The position numbers were made by a program, and so were the translations under genes. Below, piece after piece: positions 54,356 to 64,000 of a stretch of DNA of 64,000 nucleotides. The notes under the pieces were generated by a model. That model worked only from the letters and a program-made list of their open reading frames with translations, ran no database searches and was not told the origin of the DNA. Origin of the DNA: Tubiluchus corallicola. Taxonomy: Eukaryota > Animalia > Priapulida. Every line of letters starts with the position of its first letter. Within the stretch, counting starts at the first letter, position 1. The DNA is taken from positions 1,050,066 through 1,114,065 of the forward strand of contig JAQGDQ010000011.1 of assembly GCA_030141605.1 (NCBI GenBank), given 5' to 3'.

Positions 54356-57300
54356 CCTCTCTTTCTCTCTCTCTCTCTCTCCATCTCTCTCTCTCTCTCT
54401 CTGTCGCTCTCTTTGCCTCAAACTTCAGAAATCTACACGAAAAATGTGTCTCAGGTTTCAACTACATATATCATTTAAATCCTGAAAAACCAACAATTAC
54501 CTATGATAGCTTATTCCTCGTCTAGCGTGTGTTGATACCAAATGTGTAAGTGCAGCCTGTGCAGTCATTTACCATTTTTATAACTATTTATGCACCAAGC
54601 TAAAACCACTTGTGCTGGACCCAGATTCATGTACTGCACTTACGACGGTTTTGTTGTCTTTAGTGGGGTCTAAGTTCATGGAAATATTTGTCTCCAGTTC
54701 ATGTAGACATCCTATCTCCTTAGTTAGGAAAGTTAAGTGAAATTTAAGTAGACGTCTTATATCGCATTTAGTAGCGCCTAACTTTGCACGTCACGTACTC
54801 AGTGAATTAGGATGGGATTCGTTAAGCAAAATGTTATCTCAGCTGGGACAACACATCGGGAGCTGCCGTAACTGGTTGAATAGTGTTGTTTTTATTGTCT
54901 CAAAATCATATTGGTCTATATTTTGGAAATGCTGTAATCACGAGAGCTACTAAAAGTTGGTAGTCATCTTCTCTTCTCTTTGCTTTTCTTTTCTCTTTCC
55001 TTTTCTTTTCTTTTCTGTTCTTTTCTTGTCTTCTCTTTTTTCCTCTTTCCCTTTCTTTACTTTATTTTCTTTTCCTCTCTTCTCTTCTCTCTTTTCTTTT
55101 CTTTTCTTTTCTTTTCTTCTGTTCTCTTGTCTTATCTTCTCTTTTATTTTCTTCTCTTTTTTCTTCCCTTTATTTTCCTCTCTTCTCCTCTCATTTCCTC
55201 TTTTTTCCGCTCCTCTCTTCTGAACTACTTTTGAGCCCCTCTCTTCTTTTCTCTTCCCTTCCCTTCCCATTCCCTTGCATCCGTGTTGCACATCTTCCAT
55301 ATCCCTTCCCTTCTCTTTGCTTCCTTTTTCTTCGTTTTTCTCCTCTCCTCTTCTATCTCTTCTCCTCCCTGTCTCTGCTTTTCTCTTCCATTCTGCTCTT
55401 TTTTACTTCGTCTCTCTACTCCTCTTCTCGTCTCTCCTCATGTCATATTTGTTACATTAAACAAATTACTAAAGGGTTTGCATTGTTAGGCAGCATGTCA
55501 ATGCTGACTTATTCAGCTCGGTAAAAGCTGCTTTAGGCCCACATCACACAAAAAAAGCCATAATCCTTTATCCTTAAGCCGTAAGGTGTCTTCCATCATC
55601 CGTAAGGCACATGTCGTAATCCGCGGCATACTCCTTGCTCTGTGTAACCAGTAAGGCATTTTACCATAATCTGTTTTTTGCCAGGAGGCACGATTCTACT
55701 ATATTTTAATATAATAGATACTATAGTTTAATAGTTAATGTAATTTTACTCATTACGGAATGACAGATGTCAGTCACATACATTGTATGGTCTGCTGCCT
55801 CTTGCATGTAGTATACGTTTCTTATGTGCGTTGTAGCTAGCACCGCCCAGCGTGTCTTCGGCTAAGATGAACTTTTTGATCAAATTCAAGTAGCGGACTT
55901 AAGTGACCCCTACGACAGTTTTATGAATTTCAACTAATAGCGAAGTTACGACAACCAGCAAGATGGACTAAGTGCACCCTAAGACTGCTACATGGATACG
56001 ATTTACGACACTGTCTTACAGATGTCGTAACACAATGCACTTAAGTGCACAAATTAAGTGCTTAAGCACATGGCCTCAGGGGTTTACTATGCGATTTCCA
56101 AAAAAACGAACTCTCTGTGCTGGATCTGCTTTTGGCTAACTTGAAACCGTGATTCCTAATAGTAGGTCGTTGAACATCACCAGTCCTCTTGGATTTCGGC
56201 AACAATGAAGAAATAAAAGTATCATAGCATCCATGCAAAAATTTCCAGACTTCAAGAGGTCACCTTGTTCGTACCTGTGCCTCATACTGGTCATCATGGA
56301 CAAGCAGAGCCTCAATTCATAGGTCTTATCTTTAAAGCCCGGTATTCGTTTTGTTGCTCTATGAAGAACATTTTCAGTCGTCCGCTGATCACCAAGAGAC
56401 CTTTGTCGAACACTAGTGAATAAACAAGCTTACATTTCATTCTAGAATGATCTAAATCAGTTATACGAATATTTCACATTACCATCAGTACGGATCAGAA
56501 CTTGATAGCTGTTTGCTACATGTATGTTTCTTTTCTTTTAACAGTTGTTAGATCTGAGTATGACAGATGACTGGTCATCGTATTTACTGGACTATGGTCG
56601 AGATCAGCAAAAGTACAGCCTGGTCACTCCACATACTGCTGTGATACTAGCGGAAAAGTAAGCATTGCTGTCAGCACAGTTATTTCCAAACCTTTAGCTA
56701 GTTTGGTTGCATTTTACATCCGTTTTTCGACTTTCTTCAAATCTAACCTTTTCCCATTTTAACTCCATTTATTTTGATATTATATTATATTCTGGTTTGG
56801 TGTTTACAAATTTTTACGTTGTCATTTAAATCCAAATGCTGGAAAAATAAGATTTTTGGAGCAGAACTTTTGAAAACTTTTACTTTCATGTTTGATTTCA
56901 CATCATGTAAGCTTATACGCTAACACTAAATGTATATTAGTCTCGCTTACTGTACAGTCTTTGTAGCTGTACTGTTTGTTCATGTGTTATAGGTGTCACA
57001 AATGTGATTTTGTACTCATAGACTGTGTTTATGAAATAAAGCTCCAAAATTTGCAGAAAAACAAATGATCTTTTAAGCAGTTCATGCCTAGCTGACCTCC
57101 ATAAATTTCCGTATAATTAAATCAAATTTAGAGCTGGAATGGGATATTCTACCTGGACACAAGTTTTCCACATTAACCTAACAAATTGTGAGTGTTTAAT
57201 TTACCTTGTCGTAGGATTTGCAAAAGTAGTATGGATTAATCGATTTTTTTGTTTCTTGTTGTAGAATAAATAATGGCATGAAGAAATCGGGAATGTTTAC

Positions 57301-57403
57301 GTCATTGAAGAAGCAGGAGAAAGAGAGGAAGAAACAGTTGGAAACGGCCATGAAACAGCTGAGAGTTCTGGTGACAGCCTCTTGCATGCCGTCGCAGTGT
57401 TAG
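15345..57403 (+). CDS. EXOC6: Exocyst complex component 6 (Sec15); 20 exons, about 823 aa
   Basis: Exons: 15345-15514, 16444-16609, 18785-18923, 19582-19627, 41125-41329, 41876-42088, 42806-42889, 43220-43266, 44715-44835, 45590-45711, 46105-46258, 46732-46841, 47677-47788, 49107-49186, 50725-50852 (GC donor), 51081-51187, 53301-53442, 53858-53931, 56545-56657, 57265-57403. Phases are consistent (2472 nt). Peptides RIKNHDREIERMCNYHYQGFIDSI, YYPALKTLEQLEHTYLP, DLVDFSPVYRC, FFVVEDHILHTT, PFSQFVP, VAQTACMSACKH are Sec15 hallmarks. Confidence 0.96.
16722..17325. mobile_element. hAT-like MITE family rich in ATTCGA motifs; related copies near 12680-12890, 27250-27625, 34205-34600 and 59150-59464
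   Basis: Termini tagggatgtc...gacatcctta here and agtaggggtaagcatt...aatgctcacccctact at 59150-59464. All copies carry repeated (g)attcg(a) units. Confidence 0.6.
18605..18650 (-). mobile_element. 5S rRNA-derived fragment (SINE3-type relic)
   Basis: The minus strand reads cgaaattaagcagtgttgggcctggttagtacatggatg, resembling the 5S internal control region (AAGCTAAGCAGGGTCGGGCCTGGTTAGTACTTGGATGG). The 5S 5' and 3' ends are absent. Confidence 0.7.
19178..19234 (-). mobile_element. Second, more degenerate 5S-like fragment
   Basis: The minus strand reads aaagttaggcaacatcaagcccgatcagtaaatgcatggcagatc. Confidence 0.45.
19749..19841. mobile_element. Short MITE with GGGCC-starting inverted repeats (PIF/Harbinger-like)
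   Basis: ggggccgatttcacaaagccatca ... tgatggttttgtgaaattgggccc. Confidence 0.6.
21118..21365 (+). mobile_element. tRNA-derived SINE with a conserved central core (resembles the MetaSINE-type core, from memory)
   Basis: A/B-box-like head followed by core catatcaaattctttgaaaatagtacttgctgttgccct. Homologous to 34728-34950 (-) and partly to about 16200-16290 (-). Confidence 0.65.
23534..24421 (+). CDS. Intronless class A (rhodopsin-like) GPCR, copy A, 295 aa, nested in EXOC6 intron 4
   Basis: Seven hydrophobic segments with GN (TM1), LxxAD (TM2), ERY..V.HP (TM3), W (TM4), FYIP (TM5), KATRT...CWCP (TM6), NSALNPLIY (TM7) and helix 8 FRKAFKKIL. Confidence 0.95.
   Translation: MNMEGSAAANLSFDSSYSLGTSSFLKIIASLLLLTDFAIVVGNLLVLMTVYKCEELQTRMNMLIVSLVCADLLAGLAIPIEVAALLRPNDRLQVGLYSGIFAAWACDTSLYHLYLIAAERYVAVVHPFKYYYVTKKLLAMLIFCAWITALAGSLVLYLLQDPKQSVLFLNVYFVFFFYIPAVIMVILYVLIWKTARRLVLQIHPEDPQSGATIREMKATRTVGIITVVFFICWCPLLLYPFILSFLRTCRDHTCYSHEGVILVWLAYTNSALNPLIYGASNSAFRKAFKKILKYG
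24737..24905. repeat. Compound (TTG/CTG)n microsatellite; shorter homolog at 31756-31830
   Basis: Trinucleotide runs seen directly. They create spurious poly-L, poly-N/S and poly-T/A ORFs. Confidence 0.95.
26737..26787. repeat. (AT)n microsatellite; homolog at about 33688-33736
   Basis: Seen directly. Confidence 0.95.
27846..29190 (+). repeat. Older, more diverged third copy of the sequence downstream of the GPCR
   Basis: Aligns to about 24475-25980 and 31452-32900 (e.g. aacttgaagaac.ataa.ttgaaatcttcat.tgcatgaat; cacccggttatcacacctc; ggagcttagggatgcagaaaa). Confidence 0.85.
29333..34589 (+). repeat. Segmental tandem duplication, unit 2 (contains GPCR copy B)
   Basis: Colinear match to 22341-27629. 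Confidence 0.92.
30512..31399 (+). CDS. Intronless class A GPCR, copy B, 295 aa, recent tandem duplicate of copy A
   Basis: Same motifs and length as 23534-24421, with about 26 amino-acid differences by hand count. The first ATG is at 30512 (the ORF track starts at an upstream GTG). Confidence 0.95.
   Translation: MNMESLTAANLSFDSSYSLGASSFLKIIASLLLLTDFAIVGGNLLVLMTVYKCEELQTRMNMLIVSLACADLLAGLAIPIEVTALLRPNDRLQIGLYSGIFAAWAWDTSLYHLYLIAAERYMAVVHPFKYYYVTKKLLVTLIFCAWITALAGSLVFHLLQNPEQSELFLNVYLVFFFYIPAVIMVILYVLIWKTARRLVLQIHPEDPQSGTTIREMKATRTVGIITVVFFICWCPLLLYPFILSFLRTCWDHTCYSDESFILVWLAYTNSALNPLIYGVANSAFRKAFKKILKCG
34646..34989 (+). pseudogene. Degenerate 5' relic of a further GPCR paralog, interrupted by a SINE
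   Basis: 34649-34716 (atgattaccgactca...ttttacaagctaatggcatcatta) aligns with the start of the 38214 copy. About 34952-34989 (aacttgtttgtgttgatggcagtttacaagtg) aligns with its GNLLVLxAVYKC segment. Confidence 0.7.
34728..34950 (-). mobile_element. tRNA-derived SINE copy inserted into the GPCR relic
   Basis: The reverse complement contains gagttcaatacagcggccagtcataccaaaggctttaaaaatggtacctgctg...gtaaaagtgggacaatagtagtctctgttatgta, matching 21118-21365. Confidence 0.75.
35100..35365 (+). mobile_element. Decayed RTE-clade LINE fragment (N-terminus of the APE endonuclease)
   Basis: KLIFRMWSMGTLLMLNNADRLEQCTVLLSTE...VDFACL resembles the RTE consensus LxIGTWNVRTLL...ADRPERRTALVAREL...IDIAAL. A downstream ggagttagtttgccatcaa resembles the GVGFAIK motif. 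Confidence 0.65.
36951..37173 (+). pseudogene. Truncated GPCR paralog (N-terminus, TM1 and half of TM2) fused to non-coding sequence
   Basis: MEYLNAETSTMITNSS...DNLLVLMAIYKCEELQTRMNMLIVLLAIADLL is paralogous to the other copies. Homology stops at 37173. Confidence 0.85.
38214..39175 (+). pseudogene. Full-length but frameshifted GPCR paralog, copy D
   Basis: TM1-TM4 are in ORF 38214-38756 and TM5-helix 8 are in ORF 38780-39175. The frame is broken by a 40-bp and a 46-bp insertion/duplication at 38664-38806. The upstream ATG seen in the 36951 copy is ATA here (38184). Confidence 0.85.
46292..46550 (+). repeat. Local dispersed repeat, second copy at about 48085-48330
   Basis: Shared tttaaagttgaac.atattca...ccaaatgt.ataaaaaa and gtagtgactgaacttca.ttac.ttgg.ctga.tactag blocks. 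Confidence 0.75.
46965..47010 (+). repeat. Short interstitial TTAGGG-like repeat
   Basis: gattagggttagggttagggttagga with degenerate flanks. Confidence 0.8.
54318..54402. repeat. (CT)n microsatellite
   Basis: Seen directly. Confidence 0.95.
54966..55440. repeat. Long polypyrimidine (CTTTT-like) low-complexity tract
   Basis: About 470 bp almost entirely C/T on the + strand. Confidence 0.92.
56075..56385 (-). mobile_element. Decayed CR1/L2-type LINE fragment (3' end of ORF2)
   Basis: The minus strand gives ENVLHRATKRIPGFKDKTYELRL...RHRYEQGDL/EVWKFLHG...RNHGFKL...RFFGNRIVNP, matching the CR1 motifs LEKVQRRATK.IP...YEERL...RGDLIEVYK...RGH.LKL...FFSNRVVN.W. Confidence 0.8.
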
Positions 57404-57720
57404 CATGATGCATAATTTAATGCTATGGCATGCTATGTTTATATCAAGTAATGTTAGCATAATGTAATGATATCATGTTGCATTTTATATGTAATGTAAG
57501 CCTGGCATGTTATCATGTAGTTCAAGTCTGGCTTCTTGTTTTCCCTCGCAAATTGTTTTTCCCATATTCACCTGTTATGTACTTTTGCACGCTCATGTAA
57601 TTCTAGTACCTGGTATGATTAATATCCATGATATGATTTGCGTTTATTGTTAACATTTTAATTATGTTATAATATTATTATCTACCTAAATAATTTATGT
57701 GGCGATATATAAGTTTTTTA

Positions 57721-57726
57721 AATAAA
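57721..57726 (+). terminator. Putative polyadenylation signal of EXOC6
   Basis: AATAAA about 320 nt after the stop codon, followed by T/GT-rich sequence. Confidence 0.45.
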
Positions 57727-58537
57727 TTTTTGTCACTATATAGTTTGTTAATTTATTACCTCAGAATTGGGATGTTACATTGTCCCTAAAGTGTCTAAAA
57801 CCAAATTCAATTAATAATGGTGCTTATGTTTTTAAGCCGACAGTTTTCTTTCTTTGATTGAACTTTGTAATGATTTTTCAGTTGGTATCCATATTATCAC
57901 GGAGTATGCAGTATTTTTAATTAAGCACTATTGTGAAGTAACACTGAAACAGAACTTTTGGGGACGGTTTTGACAACATTAATTTTTCCGCATGTTTTTA
58001 CCATGTCACTTGGGGCAAGAGTATAATCAAGTTCTGTTAGTCTCCATTAGGAAGTATGAAATTAAAATCTAAATTGTGTAGATTAATTCCTTTATATGTA
58101 ACTGTAACACACACTGAGAAGCAGTGACCCAGATTTTCCTTTCTGTCTTAATCCTTTCACTATGGAAGGCAGCACACTGATGCCCATGTTTTCGTATAAA
58201 GGACAGTGAGGTAGACTGCCGCACTAGCTCAACACTGAGTGCAATTGCCCAGGTCTGCTCATTTCGCTGCTGGCTCTGCAAACACGTTGTCGAAACACTT
58301 AGCTGCTGTGAAATTGAGGTTGCTTTGCAACTTGTAAGGCTAACCATTAACCAGCCAATCAGCATCTGAAGCCAGCTGTATTCTACAATACTGTACTGTA
58401 TGATACATTCTCATCCAAAATTACTTGCTGGTAGTTGGTGAAACATATGTTTAGTGGCTTGTTCTGCATTTCTTATAAAACGACTGCATATTATGAGTTA
58501 GTGTTATCACTTTTGTGAAAATTGGTTTCTAAATGTA

Positions 58538-58715
58538 AGTACAATCAAACCTCTTTATACCAATCACGTTTGGACTCCAGAAAAAGTTGGCATTAGAGTG
58601 AGGTGCATTAATACATGCATGCCTATGCAAATATAGACGTTTTATTTTGTGAAAAGTATGGGCGTTAAGCGAAGCTGGCATTATAAATGGGGCATTATAA
58701 CAAGATTTCACCATA
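58538..58715. mobile_element. Tc1/pogo-like MITE remnant; related copies near 10990-11108 and 44280-44460
   Basis: Termini tacaatcaaacctctttata...ttataacaagatttcac and tacagtcaaaccttgttat (reverse complement near 11100). The copies share an internal ggcattataa motif. Confidence 0.5.
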
Positions 58716-60287
58716 CATACTGGTGTGTATGGATGAGTGTATCTGCATGCAGGCAAGTGTGAGTGTGTGCATGCATGTATATACATGCGGTCATACAAAT
58801 TAAACTATTATTCACTATAGGTGTTTCATAACAAATGACTATTTGTTTATTTACAAGATTTCATTTTAGTAACACACCTTAAGATGTCATCGTCAAATGC
58901 GTAATTTAAGTCAATGCAGTCTAGGCAAAAAGTGAATGTGCAGTGCATGCATAAGTTGTAATCTGATGTGCATGCTATGTTGCATGCTTTTGTGAACTGC
59001 ATGTCACGATCATGCATACTTGTTAGCTATATTTGTATTACACCATAAAATAGATTAAAAACTCAACACCACCCTTAAGTTAATGGCAGTTATAACCTAT
59101 AAAATAGTTCAATACATTAAAATGGTAAATGTATGCACTAAACCCACCAGTAGGGGTAAGCATTGAATGTTCGAGTTTGATTTGAACAAATTTTTTTCAT
59201 TTGAATTCGCCACTTCAGCTATATACGTTCTTTATAATTAAAACATTTGAAACATCATACAGTCAACACAATTTAACTGCGATTTCTCTGCACAATTTTT
59301 TAACTAATTATTGGTGTTTTACTGCATAGTAAACTCAAGTAATACGCATGATTTTTGTAAGACCGCCTTTAAAACTGAATTTGAATTCCAAATCTTGAAA
59401 TTCAGTTTGATGTGAGTTCGAAAAACAAAAATTCAATTTCTGATAGAAAATGCTCACCCCTACTCATCAGAGATGCATTCTTTCAATTTATGTCTCAGGA
59501 CCTGCATTAATTTGAGGAAGTTTCACTTTGGATTTTCTGAGTTTTCGTTGAAAACAAAATTTACTAAATTATAATTTGTTTCTGTTGCTGTAGATTTATA
59601 AAAATAACTTATTAAATTAAAACAAATAGTCATTATAATGTGCTGTATTATATTGGCCTCAAAGTGAAGATTGTTTAACATTTTCTTAATTATGCTCGTT
59701 AAATTTTATATGATTTGTATAAAATATAGTTTTAATTTGCAATGTTCGACTTGCGTGAATTTCACAAGAGTGTCATAAAATATTATGAATAGAGAAAATT
59801 TTTAATAAAATTGCTGGTTTTGTTTGTATTTTTTGCATTATTAAATTTTTCCGATTTTTTCTTGCCATTTTGACAATTTTTACTTTAATTCTCAGTTGTT
59901 TAGCAGTTTTTTAATTAAAAACAAAAACAAAGATTTGAAACAGACTTGTTAAGGCCCTTTTGGCATTCTTAATTTTTCCACTAAAACATTCTAAGGAAAG
60001 CAACCATTTCGAGAGGCTTCAAATAGAAGCAACTCTGTAAAAACCAGCATGGCAGGAAACTGGTCTTTATGTGCAAAATTGAAAAACAGTCAAGTACAAG
60101 AAATTAAAAAATGTTTTTTTAATTAACTTTGTGCATTTCAAAGTTTTCCTTTGTAATTTGTAAGATAAAAAAGACTTGCTGGTTTGGATATTCATGTGTT
60201 ATGAGCTTCTACATGTACTACTGCAATGCCTTGTGGCTTTCTCTGTATACTGATAAACACAGATTTATTGATTTATTTCCTTAACAG

Positions 60288-60383
60288 GACAAACAGGAAC
60301 GGGAACTCGCACTGGAAAGGAAAAAGGTGCAAATGGAGGAAGAACTCAGGAAAAACCAGGAACTGATTAATGCAGCTCAGTGA
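60288..60383 (+). CDS. Candidate orphan terminal coding exon (coiled-coil-like peptide)
   Basis: Pyrimidine-rich acceptor atttatttccttaacag, then a purine-rich frame DKQERELALERKKVQMEEELRKNQELINAAQ*. The parent transcript was not identified. Confidence 0.5.
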   Translation, partial: DKQERELALERKKVQMEEELRKNQELINAAQ

Positions 60384-62202
60384 TACAGGTAAAAACAGCA
60401 GCTTCCGAATTGCAAAGGTTGAAGGTAGCGGCGTCTGCGTCACAAGTTCTAGTCATAGCAGTGCTATTTAGACATAATAGGACAAATATCTAGACTGGCT
60501 TTGAGATAAATGCATTTTTACACATACCAACTTCGGTCTTCTTGTGGTTTATACATTTCTAAATGGCTTTAGACAGCTCTGCTGTGCGTCAAAATACAAT
60601 GGTGACTTATTACTGTGGGAAAATTCCATTGCGACACTGGTAAAAAATTTTCCATTAAAATAGATGAGCTGTATAAAAAAATCGGAATTTAACTCAGTAA
60701 TTGCAACTTTTAAGTAAATACCAATGGAAAAAAAACTTGACACTTTTCTCATTCTAAGAAACATTTCTAGGCATTTTATCTAGTTTGCAACAATAGAAGG
60801 ATTCTTATCTATTTGAAACTGTAAGAGAAATGCCCGGATTAGAATTTGGGAAAGCTCGAAACTAATCAAGTATTTAATTTCATGTCCCGCCAAGTGTGAT
60901 GGTTTGCGTTAAACTATCATGCTGAAATAAGCTGACATATTTGCTCAATACGTCATTTACGCTGCATGTTCATTGTAATAACGTGTATTTGGTAATTAGG
61001 TTACTTATAAAACTATGTCGAGGATGATGAAAGGTGTCTTTTTGTGCTGCAGATTAGGATGTAAAACTTTTTCTATAACTTTTTCCTGTTTTTGCCATGT
61101 TTAATTTGGTAAAATATGATTTGGCATATTTTAGCTGTATAAATCATGTATAGATTGCCACTGCACTTATTTTAAAATTTGTAAATTTAGTTCGTGCATA
61201 TCAAGGTGCTTTATGCAAACATGTTTGTTTATAAAATAATCTTTTTTAATCAAAGTTTAGTGTTCTGTCTTTATAGGCAGCTCTATGAAATAACTGTCTG
61301 AGAAAAATGTTTTACAGCCAAAATGGTAATGATAAGAGCATTCAGAAAACAATCAAAAACATTGCATGTCTATCATATATTTCAAAAACAATTTCCTCTT
61401 CACATGTTTCAAAACAAGGGAAGGAAACAAAGAGAGACAGAGGAGAGAAGAGAGAGGGGGAGAAAAGGAGAGAGAGAAAAAGAGAATGAATTGATGTTGA
61501 TAAACGAAAAGAAATTATAAGGGTGACATCTCACACTGCACATCACAACACTACAAAGAAATACATAAAAACTACAACTTCTTTAACTCTGGACGGATTC
61601 CATGTTTCATCACAAGTATTATTATCACAGGAAAACATATATATATATATATATATATATAAGTACAGCAATGTTTCATAACCTGAAAGATAAAACCTTA
61701 ACGACAAAATTCAGAGCACTTAAGTATGTTTTGCAATCTGTATCTCACTTGCATGCATTCAAAGTGCTCACAAAAACTCTGTATAAGTAACGTGAAATTG
61801 ACCCCTGTGAAATAAACTAGTGCCGCTGTGATGAACATACATGAGACTTTTAAAACCTGCCTATAGCAAAAATAAACGAGATTAAATTTGAAGGCCTGCA
61901 AATGACAAAAGGTATGCGCCAATTTTTTTCTCAAAAAATCTCCGTTTGTCACCAAAAACATCTAGCAACTGACCACAAACACAATAAAAAAAGCATACTT
62001 AGAATAATGTCATAAAAAATGAGAACACATTTGCTGCACCAAACAAATGTATATAGTTTGTTTTACAATGTGTGTGCGTGTCAATTTTTTGGAAAATGAG
62101 ATGAAAATTTAGGTACATCAGTTTCTGCTTTGGCTCAATCTTTTTCCTTTATGTTTTCAATACTTCCGTATGCACAGTACAAAAATTAGAAGCTTGGAGA
62201 GC

Positions 62203-62359
62203 AGTTTTCCAAAATACTTCACATGACTCAAAGTTCTTTCACTTTCCACTGTTTGTAGAGACAAAAGAGCCCAAATATGGCTCAAAGTTTTCCAAAATAC
62301 TTCACATGACTCAAAGTTCTTTCACTTTCCACTGTTTGTAGAGACAAAAGAGCCCAAAT
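62203..62359. repeat. Direct duplication of a 74-bp block with an 83-bp period
   Basis: agttttccaaaatacttcacatgactcaaagttctttcactttccactgtttgtagagacaaaagagcccaaat occurs twice. Confidence 0.9.
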
Positions 62360-62796
62360 CTGCAAATCTAGTACAAATGACAGTAGATTTCAGTCATAAA
62401 CTGTGATGAAAACTGCAGAACACTTCATCTAAATCATGCTTTCGTGCTTTTATGGTCTAACACTGACAAAAATGGAAGCATTGAGCAATAACCGACAATA
62501 AGTAAAGATCAAGACTTTTGCGAAGTTAGGCGTATTTCAATGTTTGCGAAATATATTAGAAGGATTTAGTAATAAAAGTGCTTCCTTTAATGGCGACTAC
62601 TGCACAACTGGATGCAAATTCATCAGATATAGCTAATCAACAAACTGTTTGTTTACAGTTACTGAGTTGCTGTGATAGAGGTATTCATAAATTACGAGAC
62701 AGAAAGAAAACTTGCAACTTTTGACTGACGCTACAATGCACATTGTAATATTACATGAGCACATGAGATTATCACATGAGAATGAAAAATGAAACT

Positions 62797-64000
62797 TTAT
62801 TCTGGCAAAAGGTCTTCCCCAAGTTCCTCATCATCAAAGTTATCTTGGACTTCGTCCTTGCGCCGGGCAGCTGTACGAGGACGTTCCGCCTGCGGCCCTA
62901 GAGGATCCAAGTAACTTGCATCTAAGAAACAAATTATAATCTCACTGTCAACTTTGAATTTGTATTTTTCGAATTAGAAACGCAAAAAACGGGTATGAAA
63001 GCCAAGGAAATATAATGACAATAAGGATAGAGGCTGGAATTATGATAATATGGCATGGAAAACTGCAAAAAAACATTAGTATCAACCAATAGACTCTTGG
63101 ACTAATGCAACTATGAGTTAAAATGGGTAACATAAGAATGGATTACAAATTTGTGAATATACAGCCTCGTTTTCTTACCTATGTCCTTCTGAGAAGGATA
63201 CTCATATGGACCGCTGCCGGATAAATCAAATTTTTCCTTCTCCGAACTTCTAGGACGAGATCTTCCACTACTTCGCTCTATAAAAAAACAAAATATGCAA
63301 TCATTGTAAGCAGACAAACAAATTGAATGATTTTTCACAACAAAATGTAAAAATAAAAGCAAGAGACACTTTTTCTTAGTATTTAGTTCAGAAATTACAG
63401 TCCTATTAACAGCTAATACTTTAATCACATACGAACGGGCGGAGCAGACACAGCGTGTGCTTTAATGGCCAAAATTGAACAGCTTTTAAGCAAACATTGC
63501 TTCCAGATAGTTCCACCAACTAAACTACACAATGGCCATATTTCTCATTACAAGTATGCGGATCCAATCGTGGCTACAGCACTTTTCCAAGTTTGATGCC
63601 TCATCTTAGAGAATTCTCAATGATAATTTGTATAGATACCAATCCTGCCACAAACACAAGGTACCATCACTGCCAATGAATGCTGGATGACAGTGAAGCT
63701 AAATAATATAAGAAACTCTCAATATCAGTGGTTATTACAAATAACTTTGTGCATCACAGTTGTTAAATTTAAATCAGAAACAGGCGGATTAGTTAATAAA
63801 TGACAAAAAGGGGAGACCGTTATCACTGCTTAGAGAAATTACGCTCAATAAATGCTTAGGAAAACAATAAATTGAGCCCAATGCCATCTGAAGCCGATTC
63901 AGCATTGGTTTATAAACGTAAATGTGTACCACTTTCTGCTGATGTAGCGCGTGAACCGCCTCTGCTGCTTCCCGGGCGTCTTCCGCTGTGTATCCGCTGA
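62797..64000 (-). CDS. IFT88: Intraflagellar transport protein 88 (Polaris/Tg737), 3' exons; 5' part lies outside the window
   Basis: Exons 64000-63930 (QRIHSGRRPGSSRGGSRATSAES), probable microexon 63459-63433, 63277-63179 (RSSGRSRPR...PYEYPSQKDI) and 62921-62797 (DASYLDPLGPQAERPRTAARRKDEVQDNFDDEELGEDLLPE*). This matches the IFT88 C-terminus DASYVDPLGPQIERPKTAAK...DEELGDDLLPE. Confidence 0.93.

Noticed and set aside
54222-55524. Lys/Arg/Glu-rich and Phe/Ser/Leu-rich ORFs
   Set aside because: They arise from (CT)n and polypyrimidine tracts within an EXOC6 intron.
62400-62470. C/D-box-like motifs (GTGATGA...CTGA)
   Set aside because: There is no host intron on this strand, no recognisable rRNA antisense element and only a weak terminal stem, so it is expected by chance.

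Overview
AT-rich, intron-rich animal (apparently invertebrate) genomic DNA; the species cannot be determined from the sequence. Exons were reconstructed by hand from splice sites and protein homology. Left to right: the last two exons of SON (+); a complete 14-exon CDC23/APC8 gene (-, about 575 aa); a complete 20-exon EXOC6/Sec15 gene (+, about 823 aa) head-to-head with CDC23; and the 3' end of IFT88 (-). The main unusual feature is EXOC6 intron 4 (about 21.5 kb). It holds a same-strand tandem array of intronless class A GPCR genes: two intact recent duplicates, one frameshifted copy, one truncated chimeric copy and one TE-disrupted relic. These receptors lack the usual TM3-ECL2 disulfide and the aminergic Asp3.32. 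Other notable items are a perfect 24-bp intronic hairpin, an orphan coiled-coil terminal exon downstream of EXOC6, a 27-nt IFT88 microexon candidate, a GC-AG intron, and many SINE, LINE and MITE remnants. Homology calls are from memory of the protein families, not database searches. Repeat boundaries are approximate.
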